DNA of 63,970 nucleotides, filler included, from Octopus bimaculoides (GCF_001194135.2; 5 parts of 5 records of this genome joined end to end with filler, not necessarily neighbours in it), one strand, 5' to 3'. Positions 42,180 to 53,819 are shown, counted from the first letter of the whole stretch. The notes: generated by a model not told the origin, from the sequence alone. Numbers and translations: made by a program.

Positions 42180-44240
42180 AGTTATTTTTTTAAGGAGGGT
42201 GTAAGGTCAGTCATTGAAAGGAGTGGGTTGTATTGAGTCTGAAAGGAGTTTGTGTTTGTAGAGTGAAAATGTAACACTGTTCCAGGCGGAGTCGAGAGTT
42301 GGTGGATTCTTGGTGTAGTGCAAAGCTGAAGACGGTGATATTTGAGGTGGAGTGGTTGGCCAAGCGAAAATGATGGGTGCTGAGGTGTTCGTACATAGAC
42401 GAACATCTTGTAGGTGTTTGGTGAACCGGTTGGCAAGCTGGTGGCCCGTCTAACCAACATAGTTTGTTGCAGAGATAACATCTGATCCAATAGATAAAGC
42501 TGGAAGAAGTGCAGGAGAAGGAGTTACTAATGTGGGAGGTGGTGTTAGTGATGAAAGGACAGATGTGGCAACGGGATCTAGAATAAGGGAAGGATCTGGG
42601 TTGTGTTGGAATGGAGCGGGGAAGGTGCTATGGGCCAGTAGATAGTGTAGGCTATGGGTGCATTTAAAGGAGGGCTAGGGTGGGTGGTGGGATCTTGATG
42701 GAGAGCTCGTAGGATCCTCCAACGAAGCGGTAGGGTTGAGGGGCAGAAAAGGGGGGAAGGGGAAGCGGTTGGGAGATCGGTGTGGGAAAGGAGAAAGGGT
42801 GATGTGATCAATTAGATGAGCATGAGCAAGGGCAGTTTGGACAAGGGTGGATGGGTTTCCACGATGCATAAACAGGTAGGCCAGGTACTGGGACTGGGTC
42901 TCGAAATCCTGGTCCCAGCTGCACAAGCATCAGAGGTAGAGGAACTGGGAGTAGGGGATGGCCCGTTTGATGTGGGAGGGATGGGCAGAGGAAAAGTTGA
43001 GATAGAGGTAGGAATCTGTGGGTTTGAAGAAGGTAGAGGTGGTAAGAGGGTGAGAGAGTGGGAAGGGAGGTCAATGGTGAGAGAGATATCCAGGAAGTTT
43101 ACAGAGGTGTCAGAGATGGTAGAGGTAAATTGGAGAGAAGGGTGAAAGTTAGAAATGAAGGAAAGTTCTTCACAGGAGAGGGCAGTGGCACCTATATAGT
43201 TGTCTATGTAGTAGCCGTATAGCTCTGGTGTCAGTCTGGAGAATTGTGAGAATATTTGGGTCTCAATGTAACCAACAAATAAGTTGGTGAAATTGGGGCC
43301 CATTCTTGTTCCGATAGTCACACCAGACCTATGTTGGTAAATCTCCCCTGTGAACGTAAAGCAGTTGAGGGTGAGGATGAGTTCTGCTAGATGGGGAAGA
43401 GTGGAGGTGCTTGGTGTGGGGTCAGAGTGATGGTCGAGGAAGTATTGGAGGGCTATGAGACTGTTGTTGTGGGGGATCACTGTGCATAGGGATTTGATGT
43501 CCAAGGTGAAGAGGAGGGAAGAAGGAATTGAAGAGGTCAAGGGCGTGGTTGGTGTCATGTATATGGGCTGGGAGGGCAGCATCTAAAGGGGACAGGATGA
43601 GGTTGAGATATTTTGAGATGAGATCTGTGGGGCAATTGCAGGTGGAAAGAATGGGGCAGCCATAGTTGTTGGGTTTAGGAGTGGGGAGGGCAGAAGAAGA
43701 GATGAGGTCATGGATGGTGGAGGACACACGCTGCTGGTAGAAGGTGATGATAGAAGAGGGGAGGTTTGAAGCTGACTGAGTGCTTCCTCCCTGTATAGGT
43801 CTGCATGTCACACCACCACTGCTCCACTTTTGTCTGCTGGCTTGATAACGATGTTGTTGCGGCGACGGAGGTTTTGAAGGGCAATTGATTCAGCCCAGAT
43901 GATGTTTGTTCGGTGGGATCTTATTTTGAAATTGAATCAGTCAACCAGCACATTGCAGCCATGCACAAAGAAGTCCAGGCTTGATGGGCGGCACCCTAGC
44001 TCTGAGAAGCAATCCCGATTGTTGTGATGCTGTGTGGACATGTGGAAAAACACATGTAGTTTGATGTGGTGCAGGAACTGGCTGACATCAGTGCAAGTCC
44101 CAAATTCGTCACAGTGAGAGGTGTGAAGTAGAGACCCTTGCTGAGTAGTGAACATTTGGCAGCAGAAAATGGAAGGTTGGATGGTATAGTGGCTACAGCA
44201 TGTGGGAGTGGGGTGTTGGGGAGGGGAGTAGGGTCGGGGA
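42180..44240 (-). mobile_element. Penelope-like element (pyrimidine-rich, Poseidon-like lineage), RT plus GIY-YIG, decayed
   Basis: FTLDIKSLCTVIPH, LAELILTLNCFTF, GVTIGTRMGPNFTNLFVG, YYIDNYIG, VNFLDISL and SRLRLEQCYIF. Confidence 0.9.
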
Positions 44241-44624
44241 GGGCAATGCTGGTGGCACGTGAAAAGCACCTTTCAAGTGTTGGGCTTCAGGGAAGCAATG
44301 ATAAATGACCAAGACATTTGGCATTATGCTTGAGAAGACCCATCACACCAAGTAAAATTGCAGTCGTAACAGATACTAGTGTCATGCAAATACACCCATG
44401 ACAGTGACACGTAAAAGACCCTGTTACACTCTCAGAGTAGTTGGCATTAGGAAGGGCATCCAACCTAGAAACCATGGCAAATCAGACTTGAGCCTGGTGC
44501 CGCCTTCCAGCTTACCAGCCCTGGTCAAACTTATCCAATCCATGTCCAACCCATGGACAACAGACGTTAAATGATGATGATGATGATGATTAACAAGATT
44601 GTCCCTGTTTCTCATATTTTTCAG

Positions 44625-44753
44625 TTAATGGATGGCCGTAAGTCAGTTGGTGGTAAACTAGAAGTGAAACTGAGGCTACGTGACCCCTTAAAGAATAAAC
44701 AGGTTGAAGAAATGAAGGAGAAAATATTGATTATTGACCAGTTCTTGAGGAAA
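44625..44753 (+). CDS. CC2D1: CC2D1/Lgd exon, end of C2 domain (LMDGRKSVGGKLEVKLRLRDPLKNKQVEEMKEKILIIDQFLRK)
   Basis: atttttcag acceptor and gtaagt donor; 129 nt, phase 0-0, in frame with the previous exon. Matches CC2D1A VLDGRRPTGGRLEVMVRIREPLTAQQLETTTERWLVID. Confidence 0.95.
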
Positions 44754-45349
44754 GTAAGTATATTTTTATTTTCATACCTTTATACAGGTCCTAGCTTTCA
44801 CGCCACATCCAGTTTTCCTGTCCTTTGCCCTTATTATGGTCAAATGTAAGTGTAAAATATCATCTGAGCCCTGGGAGATTTTTGAGAGCAATTTCATAAT
44901 GTGAAGTACATGTAAGATAGATTTTTTCTGCAGGAACAGGTTAGCAACCTCTCATGTTAAAATTTCCATTTGACTTGGTGCAGGTAGGTGATAAACTTGC
45001 AGTTTATTTAAATTCAAAATTTATCTGAGAGATGAGAAATGCATCAACCAATATGTACAGGCGAAGCAGCTGTTCTGGAGTGGACTTTTGATGTGAATCC
45101 AGTGTCTCCAGTAATAAACATGCAAGCCAGCAACAATGGTTGGTGACAAGCTGGGAGTATCGATGGGGGAGTGTCAGTTGCTGTTCAGCTTTTGTTTAGT
45201 GTCCATCCTTCCTCAAATTTGCCATGGGAAAAATAACTTTGGTTTATGAACACTTCAGGTGGTGAATGGCCTTCAGGAACAAATTAAATTTGTAAACTGA
45301 GGTTCCTCTGTATTATTATTAATATTATTATTATTAAGGTAGCAAGAAG

Positions 45350-46743
45350 GCAGCGAGTTGGCAGAACTGTTAGCATGCTGGGTGAAATGCTTAGTGGTAT
45401 TTTGTCTGTCTTCAGGTTCTGAGTTCAAATGCCACCGAGGTTGACTTTGCTTTCATCCTTTTGGGGTCGATGAATTAAGTACCAGTGAAACACTAGGGTC
45501 AATGTAATCAACTAGTCCTTTCTCCACAAAATTTCAGGCCTTGTGCCTTTAGTAGAAAAGATTATTAAGATAGCAAGCTGGTAGAATTTTTTGTCTTGGA
45601 CAAAAGGCTAAGCAGCATTTCTTCTGGGTCTTTAAGCTCTGAGTTGAATTCTTGCTGAGGTAAACATTACCTTTCATTGTTTTGACATCCGTAAAGTACC
45701 AATGTAGTCCTGGGGTTGATGAAATCAACTGACCCTCTCCCCTCAATATTGCTGACCTTGTATCACAATTAGAAGTATTATCATTTTTTTTTGTCTTGTC
45801 TTTTTCAGAAAACTGATGAGAATACATCCTCAAATGTGAGTAACTTTATTCATTCACATTAACTAGTTTTGTTGTGTTCTTGGAAAACAAGCTAGCAGTA
45901 TAAATATGTAAAATTTATATTAATCCTTTAGCATTTAAACCAGTCATATTTGGCCAAAACCTTCTACTTCTTTTATGACCTCTCATAATGCCATTCTAAA
46001 AATATCACATCGAAATTTCAAGGCTACAAGTTAATGCAAGATAAATTCTAAATAATGGGAATAAATATGCATTACATTTGACAGAGTAATCTGAATGCTA
46101 AAGGGTTAAGGTTGGCAGAATTAGTGGACCGTCAAATAAAATACTTTGAGTGTGGTATTTAGTTTCTGGTTTCAAATCCTACTGAAGTCAACCTTAACTT
46201 TTTATCCTTTTGTCGTTAAAATAACTGGTCAATTGCCAGTCGATTTCATTAAGTATACACCTCTTCTCTCAAATGTCTAGTCTTGCACTTAGACATCATC
46301 ATCATCATTATTATTTTGATGTCACATTAACCCATTACCTCCCATAATTCTATTAACTGGAATTTTTTTATGAAACTTTGATTTCTAGCATAAAACAGCC
46401 TTTCGTCCTTTGAGGTCAATGAAATAAAGTGCAGACCCTTGCCCCCTCTTTGTCACATTTTCACCATTTCTCCTCTCTCTTTCTCTCTCCATCTGAAGTA
46501 GTCATGTCTTTCTGTTCTAATATAAGACACTTTTTCTGTCCCTCAATATTAACCCCCTCCCCAGTTGAGCAGTCTTGAGCGGATCTTGGTGTAGTCTTCT
46601 GACTTGCCAGTTCCTGTCAAACCATCTTAATCATGCCAGTATAGAAAATGGACACTAAATGATGATGATGATGATGATGATGGTGGTCGTGGTGGTGGTG
46701 ATGACTATTTTGAATTGGTAGCCTTGTGCCAAAATTTTAAACA

Positions 46744-46781
<38 letters not shown>

Positions 46782-47210
46782 GGCAGTCAGCTGGCAGATT
46801 CATTACTGTGCTTGACAAAATGCTTAGCAGCATTTCTTCTGCATTTTGATATTCTGAGTTCAAATGCAACTGAGGTCAACTTTGCTTTTCATCTTTCAGG
46901 ATTGATAAAATAAGTACCTGTTGAGCACTGAGGCTGATGTAATTGGCTTGTCCCCCTCTCCTGAAATTATTGGCCTTGTTCCAAAATTTGAAACCATTAT
47001 TATTATTATTATTGTGGTGAACTGGCAGAATTGTTAGCACAGCTGACAAAAAAATGCTTAGCAGCATTACATTCAGACTTCAAATATCACTGAGGTTGAC
47101 TCCTTTTTGTCCTTTTGGGGTCCATAAAATCAGTACAAGTCAAGCGCAGGTCAATGTAATTGATTATCCCCTTCCCCCCAAATTTCAGGCCTTGTGCTTA
47201 TAGTAGGAAG
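45350..47210 (+). mobile_element. Cluster of four same-orientation dominant SINE copies (~45350, 45570, 46781, 47010) around the 27-nt microexon
   Basis: Repeated gctggcaga...gagttcaaat...aagtacc...ccttgtgcc bodies. Confidence 0.8.
45809..45835 (+). CDS. CC2D1: CC2D1 27-nt microexon (KTDENTSSN)
   Basis: Long pyrimidine tract ending tttttcag, gtgagt donor, phase 0-0, open in frame. It lies in the poorly conserved post-C2 linker, so there is no homology support. Confidence 0.65.
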
Positions 47211-47229
47211 GATTATTATTATTATTTTT

Positions 47230-47900
47230 GTTGAGTGAGAGAGCAGCGCATGCCATCAAAGTGACACTGGGGTACAAATATATGAAGCTCGATTTACCCA
47301 TCTGATCATATCCATTATTATTATTTTTGTTGAGTGAGAGAGCAGCGCATGCCATCAAAGTGACACGGGTACAAATATATGAAGCTTGATTTACCCATCA
47401 TGACTACCCATCATGACTACCCATCTGATAAGGGTACACTGGGAACATGCATCACAACCATATGTGTGCAACATGGTGATGTCATATCAAGGTAAACAGC
47501 ACATGACTTTGCAAGTGGGGTCCCAGTTAGAATTTTCTTCAGACTAAGAAAGCAGCTCACTGAAAAGGTCCCTAAATAAGGGTTCTTTAAGGATGTTGAA
47601 CAAAACACCTATGTTCCCAGAGGTGAATTACTTAAACCCCAAAGAATTCCTCTCAACACATGACTATGATGCTCCCCACTACTTCTGCTCATGATCAGAG
47701 ATACACATATCATCAGCCACCAAGGGATATGCTCAACTGATCAAACATGCTCAACAAGGGTCAAGCAACTGACAAGCAAATCTAGTATTGAGCAGAATAT
47801 TTGTTAAGCAGAATAGACAAGACATGTACATGATAACACTTCCAATCAGTTAAGATCAGAAGCCATGAGAGCCAGTGCCTGGTATTGGGTCAGGGCATTT
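47230..47900. repeat. Interspersed repeat with a ~100-bp tandem duplication at its left end (47215-47400)
   Basis: Two adjacent copies of ttattatttttgttgagtgagagagcagcgcatgccatcaaagtgacac...tttacccatc. The family is not identified. Confidence 0.55.
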
Positions 47901-48174
47901 ATTATTATTATTGGCAGCATTAGTATTATTATTAACACTCTCACATCACTCAAACGTGACTTAGGGGTTTGTTCATGCCACATTCCATAACAGTCAATAA
48001 TATTTGTTACATCTTCCTTGACTTCTAGAAAATTATAATTAGATCTTAGACATGACATTTTAGTTTCATCAAATCTTGTAGCTTCCTCCCTGCAGAGCAT
48101 GCCTAGCATACTAGAAACATCTGTCAAATCACAATTTAGTCTTCAATCAAAGTTTCTTTTTCATTTCATTCCAG

Positions 48175-48197
48175 GCAATCGCTACTGTGAATCAGAA
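48175..48197 (+). CDS. CC2D1: CC2D1 23-nt microexon (AIATVNQ + AA)
   Basis: tttcatttcattccag acceptor and gtaagt donor; phase 0-2. It supplies the phase change needed to join the phase-2 exon at 51287. Confidence 0.7.
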
Positions 48198-48250
48198 GTA
48201 AGTTAATTTAATTTTTCTTCTGTCTTTTTTTTTTTTTTTTTCCCTTTCAG

Positions 48251-48278
48251 TATAAATTCCAACTGGAAGTACAGTTAA
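48251..48278 (+). CDS. CC2D1: Candidate short terminal exon of CC2D1 ((N)INSNWKYS*)
   Basis: Very strong tract (T-run plus ccctttcag), phase-compatible, stop at 48276-48278, AATAAA at 48314. The intron would be only 53 nt with no adenine after about +13, so this splice is uncertain. Confidence 0.4.
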
Positions 48279-48313
48279 TTATTACATTTGTTGTGCACCT
48301 GAGTACTGTATAC

Positions 48314-48319
48314 AATAAA
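48314..48319 (+). terminator. Candidate proximal polyadenylation signal (AATAAA) for a short CC2D1 isoform
   Basis: The hexamer lies 36 nt after the stop of the candidate terminal exon. AATAAA is common in AT-rich DNA. Confidence 0.35.
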
Positions 48320-48350
48320 CTCGTTATTGATATTTTTAAAATGGTAGATA

Positions 48351-49578
48351 TATGGTGGGAAGTCAAAAATTATCCACACTTTCGCCATAACATGTCTTTA
48401 TTAGTCACACTGCCTTCTGCGCATGCATGCTTATAGTTGGTACTATTGTGGTCACATGATCGAAGTTTGAACCTGATCATGCCATTTTTCAGTGTAAGCA
48501 TGGCCACTCCATTAGTAATGTGGACCAAAGAAGAACAAAGAGTAGTGATCCGATTTTTCTGGTCAGAAGGTGTGTCAAGTGCTGAAATTCATTGGAGGCT
48601 TTTAGCACAATTTGGGGATGTCTGTCAACCTCCACGAATGACAAGAAGATTCAGCAAGCTCAAGAGATGGTAATGGTGAACCAATGAGTTATCATTGATG
48701 AGGTAGCTCGTTCTCTGCAGATTGGTCATGGCTCTGCCTATCAAATCATCCACGATGAGCTTGGCTCCCATAAAGTCTGTGCAAGATGGGTGCCAAAAGA
48801 GCTTACTGCAGAGTACAAGCGCAAACATCTTGAGGTCTGCCAATGTTTACTTGATCACTACAACAATGAGGGTGAGGAATTCTTGAGACTATAGAAAGTG
48901 ACATACTTGTTTATCCCCTGCTTTTGTGTAAATACATTGAAATCCTAGTCACAGGAGAAGAAACGTGCGTCCATCATTATGAGACAGAATCCAAAGGACA
49001 GTGTGTGGAGTGGAAACATCCTGGTTTGTCAGTGACAAAGAAATTCAAGACTCAGTCTTGCATGGGAAAGTTGATGCTAACCCTTTTTTGGGACTCAAAA
49101 GGGTCTATAGTGGAAGACCCTTTTGTAAGGAGTGTACGATCAACAGTGCAAGATACAGCTCTTTGCTGGCCAACAAACCTAAGCCAGCAATTCGCACCAA
49201 ATGTCAAAGCTTATTGTCGAAGAAAGTTTTGTTGTTGCATGACAATGCATGCCCACACGTGGCTGCCCAGACCATTGAAACCATTAACCAATTGGGTTTT
49301 GAGGTGCTGGAACACCTTGCCTACAGCTCAGATCTCAGCCCTTTCAACTATTATATCTTTGGACTACTCAAAGAAGGTTTATGAGGTCGTCGATTTCCTA
49401 CGGATGAAGATTTGAAGGAAGTGGTGCGTAAATGGTTGCACGACCAACTGAAAACCTTCTTGGAGGGAATACGTAAGCTTGTGGACTGCTGGACCAAGTG
49501 CATCGAAAAGGAAGGAGACTATAGAAAGTGACATACTTGTTTATCCCCTGCTTTTGTGCAAATACATTGAAAAAAACA
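48351..49578 (+). mobile_element. Mariner transposon, nearly complete but inactivated
   Basis: TA plus TIR-like tggtgggaagtcaaaaattatcc; EEQRVVIRF, WVPKEL, VTGEET, LLHDNACPH, YSSDLSP.NY..F, GIRKLVDCWTKCIEKEGDY. Has an HTH deletion and stop codons; the right TIR falls in a gap. Confidence 0.92.
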
Positions 49579-50344
49579 NNNNNNNNNNNNNNNNNNNNNN
49601 NNNNNNNNNNNNNNNNNNNNNNNNNNNNNNNNNNNNNNNNNNNNNNNNNNNNNNNNNNNNNNNNNNNNNNNNNNNNNNNNNNNNNNNNNNNNNNNNNNNN
49701 NNNNNNNNNNNNNNNNNNNNNNNNNNNNNNNNNNNNNNNNNNNNNNNNNNNNNNNNNNNNNNNNNNNNNNNNNNNNNNNNNNNNNNNNNNNNNNNNNNNN
49801 NNNNNNNNNNNNNNNNNNNNNNNNNNNNNNNNNNNNNNNNNNNNNNNNNNNNNNNNNNNNNNNNNNNNNNNNNNNNNNNNNNNNNNNNNNNNNNNNNNNN
49901 NNNNNNNNNNNNNNNNNNNNNNNNNNNNNNNNNNNNNNNNNNNNNNNNNNNNNNNNNNNNNNNNNNNNNNNNNNNNNNNNNNNNNNNNNNNNNNNNNNNN
50001 NNNNNNNNNNNNNNNNNNNNNNNNNNNNNNNNNNNNNNNNNNNNNNNNNNNNNNNNNNNNNNNNNNNNNNNNNNNNNNNNNNNNNNNNNNNNNNNNNNNN
50101 NNNNNNNNNNNNNNNNNNNNNNNNNNNNNNNNNNNNNNNNNNNNNNNNNNNNNNNNNNNNNNNNNNNNNNNNNNNNNNNNNNNNNNNNNNNNNNNNNNNN
50201 NNNNNNATTGCTATGATTTTTTAAACTTAGTTAATAATTTTTAACAAAATATTTCTTCAAAAATATAAAATAGTTTTGAAATGGTGTGAGAACAATGTGA
50301 AAGGGTTTAATGTATTAGAGTAGGATGTGTTTTTTAAGCTGTGT

Positions 50345-50575
50345 GGTCTAGCTGTTATTCTTGTCTACTCTAGGCACAAGGCCCAAATTTTTTTGGGGAA
50401 GGGGCCAGTCGATTAGATTGATCCCAATACACAACTGGTACTTAATTTATCGACTCCGAAAGGATGAAAGGCAAAGTCGACCTCGGCAGAATTTGAACTC
50501 AGAACATAAAGACAGACGAAATACCACTGAGCATTTTGCCCGTTGTGCTAACATTTCTGTCAGCTTGCTGCTTTT
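50345..50575 (-). mobile_element. Dominant SINE family copy
   Basis: tactctaggcacaaggccc...aaaggcaaagtcgacctcggcagaatttgaactc. Confidence 0.85.
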
Positions 50576-51286
50576 CAGCTGTTAGCATATTGAACACACT
50601 CGCATAAAGTTGTGTGTTCGATTCATGGATTGGGTTGTTCATGGTACTCATGTCCTTTCAGCTAAAAATGTGTATTAGGGGTTAATCTAGCAGACTGGTA
50701 CCCTGTCTAGGGGCAGCCTTCAAAAATAGGAGTAGCTTCTTCAAGTTGCTCATGGTTTCAGCTGACATTTTATATAAGAGACATTAGTGGAATGCAGGAC
50801 AAGTATCTTGTGATTCAGTTCCAATCTTACACAGTGAAAGTTTGTCTTATCCTAGAGGAGGCGTAGAAGATGTGGGTGGAAGAGGTCAGTAAAGCTAAGT
50901 ACTAGTCAAGTAGTGGGGGGTTAATCTAATCAGTTACACAGCTCCTTGCTGTGTGTAGCTCTGTCCCAGTGTTAGAAATTCTTATTGGTGGTGATGGTGT
51001 TCATGGTTGATGATTGTGGTAACTGTGGTGGTAGTGATATAGGTCAAGGTCACAGCTTCTATTGGGGATGGTAGAGGTGGTGTCAATGAGAAATGTTTAG
51101 TATTGGTGATACCAGTTGTATTTGTTGGTGTTCACAGTAGTTATTAATAATGTTGCAGGGGTGGGTAGGGTAGGAGGAAGTGTCATCATTGTCATTGATA
51201 TCATTACATTACTATTGTTGTTGTTGTTAAGGAAAATATTCTCCATTTGTTCTCATCTCTTTTTTTTTCTTCCCATTATTTTCCAG

Positions 51287-51344
51287 AAGGGGTACAGTAT
51301 CCATGGAGGTTCTTAGGTTTGAAAAGCAACAACTCGATAAACAG
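51287..51344 (+). CDS. CC2D1: CC2D1 exon starting the CC2D1A-like C-terminal extension ((K)RGTVSMEVLRFEKQQLDKQ)
   Basis: Long pyrimidine tract ending ttttccag, gtatgt donor; 58 nt, phase 2-0, joins 48197 in frame. Resembles CC2D1A ARPLHSLSVLAFDQERLERK. Confidence 0.8.
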
Positions 51345-52135
51345 GTATGTTTCCTCAATGTTTTGCATTTTAAAAGTATATATTATATACCACATGTCAC
51401 TGATGAAAGCTTTGCTCTAGGGTCCTTGATAAAAGCTGATATATTTAGGTTGATCACTTCTCATAATTAATTGCAAACTGAAGGGGAATGTCCAGCTTCT
51501 AGTTATGTGGTTGAGAAGTTTGTTTTCCATCTATGTGTTTTGGGGTTCTGTCCCACTGCATAGGCCCTAAGCTGACCAGAGCCTTGTGAATGTTTGTTTA
51601 CATCTGCAATTGCTTGTGCAAAAGTGCAGCAGGTGATGATGTCATTTTCTTTTTCCCTATTCAGAAATCATTTTGGCACTTCATGTCTCCAAAGCCATAT
51701 GAAATAAGTGATCCCTTACTTGAAAAACAGGTAAGGCTTAGTGTCAGGAAAGTCATCTCCCTGTAAAACCATGCCTCAAGCAACATATTCATTCTACTCT
51801 TACAAGCATTGAAAAACAGACATAAAGCAAATGAAGTAAAGAGAATCTCTGTCTGTGAGCCTATCTATATATATGAAGAAGTGAGGGTTATATAGCCTTA
51901 TTGGAACAGGTCAACCTCACTAGTGCTGGTGGCATACAGGCACCCAGTACTGTCTATAAAGGGAATGGGAACAGGAAGGGGATCTAGCTGTAAAAACTAA
52001 GCCTAAATTGATTTGTACAAATAGTGTAGTCCTCTGACCTGTAACTCCAAATAAGAATTGGTTTAGTCTCATCCAACCTATGCCACCATGAAAAATTGTT
52101 ATAAAATTATAATGATGATGAAACATAGATGCATG

Positions 52136-52139
<4 letters not shown>

Positions 52140-52180
<41 letters not shown>

Positions 52181-53210
52181 TTAACGTTTGTTGTCCATGC
52201 TGGCAAGGGTTGGACGGTTTGACCAGGGCTGGCAAGCTGGAAGGCTGCACCAGGCTCCAGTCTGATTTGGCATGGTTTCTACAGCTGGATACCCTTCCTA
52301 ATGCCAACCACTCCAAGAGTGTGCTTTTATGTGCCACTGAAATGGGTGACATTTGCATGACACTGGTATCTGCCATGACTATGATTTTGCTTGACTTGAT
52401 GTGTTTTCTTCTCAAGCATGACATAATGCCAAAAGTCTCAAGTCATTGCCTCCGTGAGACCCAACACTTGAAAGGAACTCAGCCATTTTGCCTCCGTGAG
52501 ACCCAACACTTGAAAGGNNNNNNNNNNTTTTGCCTCCGTGAGACCCAACACTTGAAAGGAACTCAGCCACTTTGCCTCTGTGAGGCCCAATGCTCGAAAG
52601 GTGCTGTTTATGTGCCACTGGTGCTGGTGCCAGTTACATGACACCAGCATCAGTTACGACTACAACTTCACTTGGCTTGATGGGTCTTCTCAAGCACAGC
52701 ATATTGCCAAAAGACTCAGTCACTGGTCATTGCCTCTGTGAGGCTCAAAGTTCAAAGATCATGCTTCACCACCACATCCCATGTCTTCCTGGGTCTACCT
52801 CTTCCACAGTTACAGAGAGACACTTCTTTACATAGCTGTCCTCATCCATACACATCACATGACCACACCAGCACAGTTGTCTCTCTCTCTCTCTTGCACA
52901 CCACATCTTATGCCTAATTTTTCTCTCAAGATGCTTATGCTCTGTTGAACATGCACACTTACATTGTACACACAGCAAACCATACTAGCCTCATTTCTTT
53001 CAAGCCTACACATGTCTTTGGCTGTCACAGCCCATATTTCACTGCTGTGTAGCATAGCTATATACACACAGGCATCATACAATCTGCCTTTCACTCTGAG
53101 AGATAGGGCCTTTGTTGCCAGCAGGGGTAGGGGCTCTTTGAACTTTGCCCAGCCTAATCTTATTCTCACAGCTATGCTCTTGGAGCATCCACCTCTCACT
53201 TGCCCCTACT
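52140..53210 (-). mobile_element. RTE-clade LINE 3' fragment with tail; contains a 41-bp tandem triplication at 52445-52590
   Basis: RIRLGWAKFKEPLPLL...VKGRLYDACV...EIWAVTAKDMCRLERNEASM...RQLCWCGHVMCM. Confidence 0.85.
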
Positions 53211-53655
53211 TCTCCAACACCACCATCCTCACTGGCACCCATCATCGCTCTTATAATATCACTGACTCCTTCACATACACTTCTAGCAACATCATTTGCT
53301 GCATCTCCTGCTCTTTCTGTCCTTCTCTGTACATCAGTCAAACAGGACACCACTTGGCTGACTGGTTTGCGGGGCACCTCCGAGACAAACTCGGCAACAA
53401 CACTCCGGTCTCGCACCATTTCCGCTCTACCCGTCATTCATTTCAACACCTGTTTGTGTTTGGATTGACAGGGGCCATCCAGACTCCCGCCTTTGCCATG
53501 AACAGGAATTAATCTTCTCTCTTCATCTGACTCCCCTTCTCTCTTCTCTCTTCATCTCACATCTATTTCCTCTCTTCACTCCTACCCACCTCCCTTCATC
53601 GTTACCTCCTCCATCCACACCTCACCCCTACACATATTAACTCCAACATCCCAAC
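53205..53655 (+). mobile_element. Penelope-like GIY-YIG 3' fragment abutting the RTE piece head-to-head
   Basis: FTYTSSNIICCISCSFCPSLYISQTGHHLADWFAGHL...PVSHHF, followed by a CT-rich tail. Confidence 0.8.
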
Positions 53656-53755
53656 NNNNNNNNNNNNNNNNNNNNNNNNNNNNNNNNNNNNNNNNNNNNT
53701 TAATTAATTAANNNNNNNNNNNNNNNNNNNNNNNNNNNNNNNNNNNNNNNNNNNN
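53656..53755. other. Scaffolding join: N44-TTAATTAATTAA-N44
   Basis: Same 100-bp structure. Confidence 0.95.

Positions 53756-53819
<64 letters not shown>

Noticed and set aside
52445-52590. 41-bp direct repeats that look array-like
   Set aside because: No unique spacers; this is a simple tandem duplication inside an RTE tail, partly a gap artefact. Not CRISPR.
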